A stretch of 64,000 nt of DNA from a virus: positions 1-64,000 of the IMG/VR virus record IMGVR_UViG_3300027603_000001; one strand, 5' to 3'. A model generated the notes under the pieces. That model was not told where the DNA came from, made no database searches, and saw only the letters and a list, made by a program, of their open reading frames with translations. A program made the translations under genes and the position numbers. Below, one piece after another: positions 1-9,800 of the stretch (position 1 is the stretch's first letter; the number at the start of each line of letters is the position of its first letter).

Positions 1-29
1 AAGGACTTATTACCCGCAGCAATCGTGAC

Positions 30-434
30 GTGTTGGCTGACACGACGACCTCAGACTGGTTGCCAAACTTGAAAGGTCGGGCCGATGTGCCGGAAGTGAT
101 TGTGGAAACTTTTCGCCGAGTAATGCTGGATTTACAAGCTACGCAAGCGAAGCTAGGCGATCATGCGGCGTCAATCCAATCACTTGACGCCACGGTCAAC
201 AACCCGCCTGCTCAATCGGTGTTGACGACGTTTACCGAGCTGTCTGTTGGTTCACCGGGAACGCCCGATGGAGCAGTGCGAATTCGAGTAGGTCGAGGGA
301 CGCCGGAAGCTATCGTCGAAGGTAGCGCGTTTCGGGATATTTGGCTTCGCACCGATGCGGTAGGCATTACTACTTGCCTGTATATTAAAACCAGTGGTGA
401 AGGGAAAACCGGCTGGACAGCAGCAGCGATATAA
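30..434 (+). CDS. structural-module protein, function unknown
   Basis: 134-aa ORF that opens just after an in-frame stop (GTG start). It ends 3 nt before the 1304-aa tail gene on the same strand. Confidence 0.7.
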   Translation: MLADTTTSDWLPNLKGRADVPEVIVETFRRVMLDLQATQAKLGDHAASIQSLDATVNNPPAQSVLTTFTELSVGSPGTPDGAVRIRVGRGTPEAIVEGSAFRDIWLRTDAVGITTCLYIKTSGEGKTGWTAAAI

Positions 435-436
435 TA

Positions 437-3400
437 ATGGCAAACATCGAACACAAGCCGCAGCAGTTTGTCTCGAAAGGCGTGCAAACGTCCAAACCTG
501 TAAATCGGTTGGATGCAGGTAAGTTTCTTCGACTGATCAACGTGCGGTCATACATCGACGGGTTAATCCAAACCCGCCCCGGCCAACAGCGTCTCACTAC
601 CTCAATGGCTGATACGCCGTTTCACTCTATGCGACGGCTAAATGTCTTGATACCATCGGCCTCGCAGGCTCAAGCGCTCATCATTGGCGCAGGCACCAAG
701 CTTTACGCCTCCGACTCCACCTTTAGTGCCTTAACCATCAAAGACTCAGGTTACTCAGGCGGCTACCTCTCAATGGTGCCCCATCGCCCCACGCAATCTC
801 CTGAACCCTGGATGTACGTGGCAGATGCCAACCGAATGCGCAAGGTGAAAGTGGATGGTACGAACTACCCAATAGGCATTGCACCGCCTAACACGGCCCC
901 AACTGCCGCCATTGGTGCGCCAATCCGTACCACAATCAGCGACTTTGAAGCGCTGGGCGCATGGACGGTAGGTGGGGACGCGGGCGCAATCGCAGTGGCG
1001 TCAAGGCTTACCGGCGCAACCACTATCACGCGGATATTGTACGACGTTGGCACCACTGGCTTAGCCAGCGTCCAGCCTTCCGTCATGGACAGTAACATTC
1101 AGCCCGGCATGTTTCTCATCGTGGATGTTGCTGGTACACCAGAAACCTTCGTGGTTGAGCAAGTGTTCCGTACTATTGTCTCCACCACTATCGCCGCCAT
1201 CACCTTTGACACTGGCGCAACCGGCCCTTGCACCATCCAGCTCACCGCATCGTCTGAAGGGTTGGAACGTGACGCGCTAATTCTAATCAACTCAGGTGGT
1301 GGCACGGCAGAAGCGGTGCGTATCGAGTCGGTCACTGTCGGCCCGGACGGTATTCCATCGTTTCGCTGCACCACGGTCAACACGCATGTTGCCACCGAGA
1401 CTATTGATGGTTTACCTTCATTCCGCGCTTACTTCACCGCTGCGCACGTGGCTACCAACACGCTGACTACCAACAAGTTTAACTCCACCATCACCTTCGT
1501 CACGGGCATTGGCTATCTCAATCTTGTTGGTGCGCTCTCATTGGTCACGTCCTCTAACCGTCCTATTGCCGACAGCGACGAAATTCACATCTCGCTACGG
1601 ATAGATAATCCCTCTCGACTGCTTGAAGCCCGTGTGATGTTCGACGTAGACGCCACGGTCAACGATTTCACCCATAACTACCTCTATAAATCCATCACGC
1701 AAAATGAACTCACCCAAGCACTGCAAAACACTATCACCACCACCACCGCTACCCAGCGCATTGCCCAGCAGCGGCAACTGAACGATTACTACAACCAGAA
1801 CCTAGCCCTGCGTCGTAAAGTTGATCAACTTGGTATTGATTCAGGAATACCGCTGAACTTCCCGCCAATTTTCACAGGCGGTGATACAGGTTCAGTCGAT
1901 ACCAGCGTGACGCAGACTACCTCTGGTAATAATCAGTGGACAGAATTAGTATTCAAGGTAAGCGATTTGAAGCGGATTGGTGCCGACACCAGCCGAACCC
2001 TCAAAAACGTTGCGGCTATCCGTATTCAGTTTCAAGTCTCTGCCGACATCGTGGTGGATGTGGATGCGTGGTGGATAGGCGGAACATATGGTGCGGATAT
2101 AGGCGATGTTGGCAGTCCCTATCTTTATGCTTACACTGCCCGTAGCAAGTCCACCGGCGCGGTTAGTAATCCTTCGCCTCCAATGCGTTCAGGGGTATCG
2201 CCGCACCGCCAACGGGTTGTCGGCACGGCCGCTCAGCACACCGACTCGCAGGTTGACGTACTGGACATCTACCGTATTGGTGGGTCGTTGAACGAATGGC
2301 ATTATGTGCAAACCATCGCTAATAGTGCCACACCAACCTTCACTGACGATTACCCTGATGATGTAGTAACACGCAATCCAGTGCTGGAGTTTGACAACTT
2401 CCAACCATTTCCATCAACTGATGTGCCTCGTGCGGGCGTGTGCAATGCCAGTGGCACGAAGGTTACTCGCGTGTCAGGCGATGTGTTCAATGTCGCGTGG
2501 GCACGGAACTCCACGATCTTAATCAACGGTATTACCTATACGTTGTACGCCTCGCCTACTTCTACCAATGTACTGGAAACCAACGAGAATGTTGGCAGCC
2601 TGACCAATGCCACCTTTGAGATTCCCGACGCTGTATTGCTCGGTCAACCACTGCCAGTTATCTGGGGGCCGTATGGTGGTGGGCTGGGTGGTGTGTTCAT
2701 GTTCGGCTGTGGCGATCCTCGACTTCCCGGCACATTATTCGTCACCAAGGGCAATAACCCCGACGCAGCGTTCTATCGACTTGAAATTACCAGCGGTAGT
2801 GAAGTCCTGATGAACGGTTGTATTTACGATGGCCGTTGCTACGTGATGTCCAACACGCGGATGTATTCGGTTGAGCCGGTCAACGGTGGGCAGGACTGGA
2901 TTGCGCGAGAAGTTGCTAACTCCATCGGTCTTTATGCTCGTTGGGGAATTTGCGTAGGCGACCAAATCTATTTCATTGGCAAAGACGGCATCTACTCATC
3001 GCTGGGTGGTCAACCTACCTCCATCACCGACGATACCCTTTACAATCTTTTCATGCACGATGCAGGCGTGACAACTATCCACACAGCCGATCTGTTTGGT
3101 ATCACTATCCCTGATTGGGGTACACCTAACTCCATGCGGTTGGATGCGCAAAAGAACACGCTGTCATGGGATTACAAGGCTGGTGGGTTGTGTTACACGC
3201 TTATTTATGACGTTCCTACAAAACGCTGGACACAGGACATATACAGCGATTCAACGGTAGCCGTGCATTACCAGAATGAAGCGCCCGGCGCGACTAATAT
3301 CCTACTGGGCGGCTCAAACGGTCGTCTATACAACCTGACCGGCGATTTCCTTACCGACGCAGGCACGAACTTCACTTCCCGCGTAACCACAGGTTTCGAG

Positions 3401-4351
3401 GATTGTGGCGAACCTCGCGCCGATAAGTTGTTTCAAGAGATATTTCTTGATGCGGATTTTGGCGGCGTAGTAGTTACCGTCACTGATAACATTAACAATA
3501 GTCTTGGTGTGCTGGATACTTTCTCACCTACCGCTGCCGCTGGCCGTACCACCACCATGCTCGACTTAAACGCTGGAGCAGGCCGTCTCGCCCGCAACAT
3601 TGGCATCGATCTGCAATGGTCAAACGGCGCAGTCAGGCTGTACGAATATCACTATTCCTACTACCCAAAGGTTGACCATTCCAACTTACGCGCAACCGAC
3701 TGGGATGACCTTGGGCGCTTTGGGCCAAAATGGATTCAAGGGTTATCAATTCATGCCAACACGTTCGGTGTATCAAAGTCGTTTTCAGTAATTACCGATG
3801 ACGGCCAAACGGTTGGCCCGTTTACTATCACTCACAATGACGAACGCATTACCGACATCTCGTTCGATACACCCATCATTGCTAACCTCGTGCGCGTCAC
3901 TACCGACGATCCCGATAGTTGGATGTTGTTGGGTATTGATTGGCAGTGGCAACCAGAGCCGCGGTTGGCAGAGGAGTGGATTGCGCAACCAACATCGTTT
4001 GGCTTCGACGGCTTCAAAACGTTGGATTCGATGGGTTACGTGGCCCATCGCAGCACGGCAGACTTAACGTTTGCCATCATGGTGGATAACACGATAAAAA
4101 CCTATTCAATCCCTTCCAGCGGTGGTATATTTGCAATCAGCAGAGTGGTGTTGGATGCGAACTTAAAAGGCAGGGTCTTTCAACTGTCGATTACCAGTGC
4201 TCAGCCATGTCGCGTTTATCAGGAAGCGTGCCGATTGGGTGTCAAGCGATGGGGTGCCAACGAACCTTATCAGTTACCTAAAGCCACATGGCAGATTACT
4301 GCATATAGACCGTTTGGCGAGATTGCCCCAAGCGGGGAAGCGAGGATTTAG
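437..4351 (+). CDS. large tail (nozzle/tubular-B-like) virion protein
   Basis: Uninterrupted 1304-aa ORF. Blade-like segments (e.g. IYFIGKDGIYSSLGGQPTSITDD) suggest a beta-propeller. It sits before the ejection-protein genes as in T7-like podoviruses, so the function is inferred from synteny only. Confidence 0.8.
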   Translation: MANIEHKPQQFVSKGVQTSKPVNRLDAGKFLRLINVRSYIDGLIQTRPGQQRLTTSMADTPFHSMRRLNVLIPSASQAQALIIGAGTKLYASDSTFSALTIKDSGYSGGYLSMVPHRPTQSPEPWMYVADANRMRKVKVDGTNYPIGIAPPNTAPTAAIGAPIRTTISDFEALGAWTVGGDAGAIAVASRLTGATTITRILYDVGTTGLASVQPSVMDSNIQPGMFLIVDVAGTPETFVVEQVFRTIVSTTIAAITFDTGATGPCTIQLTASSEGLERDALILINSGGGTAEAVRIESVTVGPDGIPSFRCTTVNTHVATETIDGLPSFRAYFTAAHVATNTLTTNKFNSTITFVTGIGYLNLVGALSLVTSSNRPIADSDEIHISLRIDNPSRLLEARVMFDVDATVNDFTHNYLYKSITQNELTQALQNTITTTTATQRIAQQRQLNDYYNQNLALRRKVDQLGIDSGIPLNFPPIFTGGDTGSVDTSVTQTTSGNNQWTELVFKVSDLKRIGADTSRTLKNVAAIRIQFQVSADIVVDVDAWWIGGTYGADIGDVGSPYLYAYTARSKSTGAVSNPSPPMRSGVSPHRQRVVGTAAQHTDSQVDVLDIYRIGGSLNEWHYVQTIANSATPTFTDDYPDDVVTRNPVLEFDNFQPFPSTDVPRAGVCNASGTKVTRVSGDVFNVAWARNSTILINGITYTLYASPTSTNVLETNENVGSLTNATFEIPDAVLLGQPLPVIWGPYGGGLGGVFMFGCGDPRLPGTLFVTKGNNPDAAFYRLEITSGSEVLMNGCIYDGRCYVMSNTRMYSVEPVNGGQDWIAREVANSIGLYARWGICVGDQIYFIGKDGIYSSLGGQPTSITDDTLYNLFMHDAGVTTIHTADLFGITIPDWGTPNSMRLDAQKNTLSWDYKAGGLCYTLIYDVPTKRWTQDIYSDSTVAVHYQNEAPGATNILLGGSNGRLYNLTGDFLTDAGTNFTSRVTTGFEDCGEPRADKLFQEIFLDADFGGVVVTVTDNINNSLGVLDTFSPTAAAGRTTTMLDLNAGAGRLARNIGIDLQWSNGAVRLYEYHYSYYPKVDHSNLRATDWDDLGRFGPKWIQGLSIHANTFGVSKSFSVITDDGQTVGPFTITHNDERITDISFDTPIIANLVRVTTDDPDSWMLLGIDWQWQPEPRLAEEWIAQPTSFGFDGFKTLDSMGYVAHRSTADLTFAIMVDNTIKTYSIPSSGGIFAISRVVLDANLKGRVFQLSITSAQPCRVYQEACRLGVKRWGANEPYQLPKATWQITAYRPFGEIAPSGEARI

Positions 4352-4354
4352 CTT

Positions 4355-4678
4355 ATGCCAAGAGTAGTGCTTACAAGTAATGCGGTGGCTTACAATGTGG
4401 TCACGCTCGCGCGGGCGAAGCGGGCAAACTTTCCACTGGCTCCAACCGACCTGTCAATTCAAGTGCCCGATAATAGCGTGGAGGCTGCTAATGCCGGGGC
4501 AACGCTTAAAGTTGGCACCCCTGACTCGCTTGTTACGCCTACTGACGTTACAGGTGGAGAAATTGCATTGTTGGAAGGCGATACGAAAGTGTGGCCGGGG
4601 CCAAACATCGACGCAATGAACAAGTACATGAAAGGCTCAGTGAATAATCAGGTCATCTACATCGGAGCAGAAGGATGA
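4355..4678 (+). CDS. hypothetical virion-module protein
   Basis: 107-aa ORF with ATG 4 nt after the upstream stop and a 4-nt overlap with the next gene. Confidence 0.75.
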   Translation: MPRVVLTSNAVAYNVVTLARAKRANFPLAPTDLSIQVPDNSVEAANAGATLKVGTPDSLVTPTDVTGGEIALLEGDTKVWPGPNIDAMNKYMKGSVNNQVIYIGAEG

Positions 4679-5025
4679 AAGCTCGGGTTTTACCAGTTAT
4701 GGAATGGGACAAGCTTCGTCCTCTTTACAACTCACTGGGCATACCTTTACCCAAGCCGTTAGAATGCGTGATTTATGTGGTCGAGGATGGCGATAAGGTC
4801 GTGGCATCGTGGCCCATCCACAGCATTCTTGTTGGCGGCTTGATGCATGTAGACAAAGCGCATCGAGGTAATGGAATTCCTGCGATGCTGACCGAAGCGG
4901 TGGGAGAGCATTTGAACTCAGGCGATGCGTTGTTCACCGTGATTACCAATCCTCATGCGGAGAAGTTGGCGATAGCAAATGGGTTGGTAGAAGTTAGCGG
5001 TAAGCTGTTTCGTAAAGATATCTGA
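4675..5025 (+). CDS. small GNAT-family N-acetyltransferase (putative)
   Basis: 116 aa. HVDKAHRGNGIPAMLTEAV matches the GNAT acetyl-CoA motif R-x-x-G-x-G/A. The downstream TNPHAEKLAIANGLVEV matches the N..A..L....GF segment. Confidence 0.6.
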   Translation: MKARVLPVMEWDKLRPLYNSLGIPLPKPLECVIYVVEDGDKVVASWPIHSILVGGLMHVDKAHRGNGIPAMLTEAVGEHLNSGDALFTVITNPHAEKLAIANGLVEVSGKLFRKDI

Positions 5026-5043
5026 GATAAGGAGGGCACGGCG

Positions 5044-5628
5044 ATTTCTGCGCTTTTTGGAGGAAAGACAGCTAGTGAGAAGGCCAACGAGCAGACCTTT
5101 AATACTGCCTTCCAGCCACTCATCACTCAACAAACCGGGGCCAGTAAGTCAGCGCTGGACTTTGCACTGCCATTGTTGAGTCAAGGCACGTCTACACTGC
5201 AAGGGCCGCTTAACTATTTCAAAACACTGGCAGGCGGCGACCGTACAGCTATCTCACAACTTCTTGGCCCGCAACTTGACACTATTGCGCAGGGCGATGC
5301 ACAGGCTCGGCAGAATTTCTCCCAGTTCGCACGGCGCGGTTCGATGATGGAGAATCGGTTAGGTGAGCAGAGTCAAGCGACTACTAGCGACATCAACCGC
5401 ATGTTTCTTTCGGCTCGACCAGAAGCAAATTCACAGCTAAGTGACATTGCACAGTTGCTATTTGGTACGGGGATATCAGGACTGAACGCATCTACAGGTG
5501 CAAGTGGCAATGCGTTGGGTGCTTTGCTTAATTATCGCAGTGGCAATCAACAGTCTCAAGCGCTTCGTCAACAGGGTAATAGTAATATCTTTCGATTGGC
5601 AAACTTTGCATGGAGTGGGGCGGGGTAA
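5044..5628 (+). CDS. internal virion/ejection protein candidate (start uncertain)
   Basis: The frame is open from 5026 with protein-like sequence (ISALFGGKTASEKANEQ...). A strong SD TAAGGAGGG lies at 5028-5036, but the only start 8 nt downstream is ATT at 5044. The first canonical start is TTG at 5173. Confidence 0.6.
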   Translation: MSALFGGKTASEKANEQTFNTAFQPLITQQTGASKSALDFALPLLSQGTSTLQGPLNYFKTLAGGDRTAISQLLGPQLDTIAQGDAQARQNFSQFARRGSMMENRLGEQSQATTSDINRMFLSARPEANSQLSDIAQLLFGTGISGLNASTGASGNALGALLNYRSGNQQSQALRQQGNSNIFRLANFAWSGAG

Positions 5629-5698
5629 TGCGCTTGGAACAATGTCATTATTCACTTTCTTGGCGTAAGATTCGTAAGCTATATAAGGTGTAAACTAG

Positions 5699-6823
5699 AT
5701 GCCTGACGGTGGCCCGCTACAAATGTTATTTGGGCAGAGTGCGCAGAGTGAAGCTGACCAGCAACAGGCTCGGCACCAACAAGTGTCAGAACTAAGCCAA
5801 CTGCTTGATCGGCCCGATGTGACGTTGGACGCTAAGCAGGCCATTGCTACCCATCTTGAAGACTTGATGAACGTGCCGTCCAAGAACAAGGGGCTGATAC
5901 CGATTATCACCAGTATTTTCCATCACCAGCAGCAAACTCAACAGCCGCCTGCTTGGCAAGTACCGGAACTCTATGGCAACCGTAATGCTCGCGTACCTGA
6001 CGTTGCCGCATCTCCCGATTTTGGCTACCAACCTGCTGCGAATCCCGTTGGCCCAAACATACTCACGGAAACTGGCACACCTCCCAGCCCTGAAGGCCAA
6101 CGGCGAGGCAGCATGACACCTGCGGACTTAGCGGCGCGACGGCAAGCAACCTTTGAAGCGCAGAAACAAAGTGATATGCAGGATCGGCAAGATTTTCTGG
6201 TTAAGTCACGGGGCGAGGAAGCACGAAAGTTGCAGCAGATGAAAGGTGATCAAGCATTTACCCGATTATCTACCCGTGATGATAGTCGGATGGCATTGCT
6301 CCATGAAGGTGAGAAATTGCGTGCTCAACGTCGTACAGCGGAACTTGCTGCCGCTTACCCTGATGCCACGCCTGATCAGATTGCGGAGAAGGTGCAGGGT
6401 GAAATTCAGGCGACCCAAGACCAGAAGGCTGCGCGTACCGCCTTTCTCACCGCGCAAACTCTAGCTATTCCACAGGCCACTGCAATCAAGTGGGCCAACC
6501 TCGACCAAACTGCTTTACGCAACGACATCTACCGTACGGCCACGGGCAACGCGGCAGACAAGGAAGCGCAACGGCAGGCAGTGGAACCAATGCTGGATGA
6601 GTTGAAGTCGGTGCAACGCAGCATTGAGTATCTGAGCAAGTTTCCTGCTGGTACGCCGCAGGCCGCGCAGCTCACCCAAGAGCAGGCCCACAAGGCTGGT
6701 GTACTAAATGAAATCTGGAAGGTAAATAGTCAGACTACACCGCAACAACCGACCAGCACTGTGCCGCAACGGAGTGGCGTGCCAGTAAAGCCGAAGAAAG
6801 ACCCGTTAGGGATATTTCAGTGA
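5699..6823 (+). CDS. internal virion/ejection protein candidate (Q-rich, coiled-coil)
   Basis: 374-aa ORF with ATG and SD AAGGTG. It lies between the small and giant ejection-protein candidates. Confidence 0.85.
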   Translation: MPDGGPLQMLFGQSAQSEADQQQARHQQVSELSQLLDRPDVTLDAKQAIATHLEDLMNVPSKNKGLIPIITSIFHHQQQTQQPPAWQVPELYGNRNARVPDVAASPDFGYQPAANPVGPNILTETGTPPSPEGQRRGSMTPADLAARRQATFEAQKQSDMQDRQDFLVKSRGEEARKLQQMKGDQAFTRLSTRDDSRMALLHEGEKLRAQRRTAELAAAYPDATPDQIAEKVQGEIQATQDQKAARTAFLTAQTLAIPQATAIKWANLDQTALRNDIYRTATGNAADKEAQRQAVEPMLDELKSVQRSIEYLSKFPAGTPQAAQLTQEQAHKAGVLNEIWKVNSQTTPQQPTSTVPQRSGVPVKPKKDPLGIFQ

Positions 6824-6824
6824 T

Positions 6825-9800
6825 ATGCCCCAGGAACCTCTCAGCATCAGTGACTTTGCCGCTAAGATTAAGGCGAAATACCCTGACTACGCTAGCATCG
6901 ATGATGAAACGCTGGCGCAGAAAATCATCACAAAATATCCAGAGTATGAATCTAATCTATCCAGCGACGATGTAACCCATCTTACCGAGAAGCGCGTGCA
7001 GGACGCGGCAGCAGCATTTGACGATATTAACGGTCGTTACTTGGCGGCGGGGCGTAGTCTTAGTTCCCGATTGCAAGGTGGGGCACAGTCAACGTTTGGT
7101 AGTGTTCCGGCTCGACAGCAACCGTCGCCTACTTCAACGCAGTCATCTAGCCTTAAAGGCGGTGCAGCAACGATCTTCGACCGCGTACCAACTGTCCCAT
7201 CACGTCAGCCTCAAGGCGGCGTACAGCAACTACGCAACAAGTTCGCCTCAACGTCTGCTGACCAGCAGGCGATAGAAACTAACCTTCGCAACTCGTCGCC
7301 TGTTACCCGTACGGTGTTGGAAACATTGTTGCAAGGCGCAGCGGGGATTACCGAAGCAGCGGCAGGTTCGCTTGACTTGCTTCGTTCCATCGCTCCCAGC
7401 GGCCCGTTGCCTGCGCAAATGCAAGCGGCAGTGCAGCAGATGCAGGGTGCTGCGGCGAATATGCGTGGCGGCGAGGAAACATCTAAGGCTGAACACCCTG
7501 AGATTAGTAAGCTGGTTCGTGCGGGGCAAAGCATTGCAGGCGGGGCGATTGAATTTGCACCGCTGGCACTGGCCCCCGAGCTGGAGATTCCTGCGGCATT
7601 GGCTGGGGCGGCAAGTTTCGGCGGCTACAGTGCATTGCAGGCCAGTGGACGTGGTGAGTCGGCAGGTCAAGTTGCGCGCACTGGGGCCACACAAGCAGTG
7701 CTGGGCGCGGCGATGGGTATGCCGTCCAAGTTGTTACCGTTCGAGAGTTCGCTGGCTCGTTCAGGTGCAAAGTTGTCCGTTGTCTCTCCTGCTGCTTACA
7801 CCATGACGCTAGCTAACGGTGGCTCACAGGAAGATGCGCTTCATGCTGCCGTGCTATTCCCACTCATGGCTGTACCAGGTGAAGTAGCGAGTTTCGTTAA
7901 AGCCCAGCGAGCGCCGAAGTATATCCATGATGATTTTGGCACCGTCACGGAAGCCGCTGACCAGTCCAGCGTACCAACCAATAAAGTGCGTGTTACCGAT
8001 GAGACTGGAGATACCCACGTCATCATCAAACCATCAACTGTCCGTAACCAGCGGGCCATTCCTTTGCGTGAAGGTTGGGAAGTGTTGAATCCTGACGAAG
8101 TAGCACAAGGAGCCAAGCCCAAGGTGGGATACCGACCGAAAGGAGTGCAAGCTAATGCCGAAGAAGTACGAAGCAATCAGGGACAAGCTGGAATCCAAGG
8201 GGGTGTCAGTGAAACAGGCCAAGACCTCAGCGGCCAAGATTTACAACAGCCAGCGGAAACCGGGGCAGGCTCCGGTAACGCGCAAGAGCAAGTAGGTACA
8301 GTTCCGCAGAGAGTTACGTCAACTACTGCTACGAGTGTCCCGTCTGAACAACCGCCAACAGCCGCTCAACCTGCTACCGCAGAGACAACGGCTCCCGCCC
8401 CGCCACAAGCCGTAGAGATACCAGCGGCGGTGGCTACTCACGTCCAGAAAATCCAGCAAGCCACCGAGACGGGTAACACTGAATCGCTCAACAAACTGCT
8501 CGATGAAGCTGGTATCACCAACGCCGACCTAGCCGTTGCCGCTGCGAAAGGACAATCTCATGCCGCCACCATCCCGCTCAGGGAAGAAGCCGCCCAAGTT
8601 CTCCCCAGCCGACAAGGCCAAGATGTTGCAAATGCTGTCACCATACCTGCTAGAGATAGCACGGTTGCGGGGACAAGTGCCACCGAACAGCCCGTCACAG
8701 CCACAGCCAGCACCACCGTCCCCGACCGCACCGGCATCGCCCAACGGGTAGAGGAAGCGAGACGGCAGGCGTTGGGTGCTGAGTCACCGACCACGGGTGC
8801 GGCACGAACACCCGAAGAACTGGTAAATCGTGGGCGGCAACTGTTAGCCAACGGTGTTGACCCTGCTGCCGCTATTACCAAGTTCAGCGAGACTGGTGCG
8901 GTTAGTGCTGACGATATGGCGTTAGTGAGAGCACAGCATGAGCAACTGACCCGTGTGGCTAATCAAGCGGCTGACGCGCATGGCACGGACAGCAAGCAGT
9001 TCAAGGACGCTGAGGCTGCTCGCACCGCGTTCTGGGATTCGGCCCAACCAATGCGTACCGCTTGGGGTGAAACAGGACGGGCACAGCAAGGTGAGACAGC
9101 GATAGATAGCGGCACGTTTTATGGACTGTACCGAGCGTTCAAGGATGTTAATGGTCGGGAGATGACGGCGGGTGAGGCTGCGCAGGCCAAAGACCTTGTG
9201 CAACGGGTAAGTAAGACCGACACAGGCAGTGAAGGTACTAGTCGCGCGCTAGCTGCGGAGTTGGACAAGGCACATGGTCTTAGCGATCTGTACCCTGACG
9301 TGCGAGCGGCTGTTCAGCGATTTGTAGACCAGTCAGCACGAGAGTCACGGGCAGCGGGGCGGCGACAGGTTAAGAAATCGTTAGATGACGAAGCAGCGGT
9401 GCTCAAATCCAATATCGCGGCTGAGTTTGCGAGGCTGCGTTCCCAGCAAGGTGGTGTGCTGTCGGCAGGCGGGTTAGGCAACCTCGATCCTGAAGGCGTT
9501 ATCACCAAGAACATTATTAACCTTGCTAAGAACCGGGTAAAGGCTGGCGTTACTGACATCGCTCAACTTGTCGATGAGGTACATGCAGCGGTTAAGGACT
9601 TTGCAGACATAAGCCGCCGTCAGGTAGCTGAAGTGATTGCAGGACTAAGTGGGCCAACTGTGCCGTTACGACCACAAAGCGATTGGATGGCAGCGAAGGG
9701 TGGAGTGCGGGAACAGTTGAAGGCGGAAGACGCTGCACAAGCCTTTGCCGACTTGAAGGCCCGTATTGCAGGTGGCACTATTACCCCTACCGATGCTAAA

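Noticed and set aside
5660-5687. TTGGCG-16-TATAAG promoter-like sequence before 5699.
   Set aside because: It lies inside a continuous late operon. Its -10 overlaps the SD of the downstream gene, so a transcript starting there would lack the SD. The support is too weak to list.
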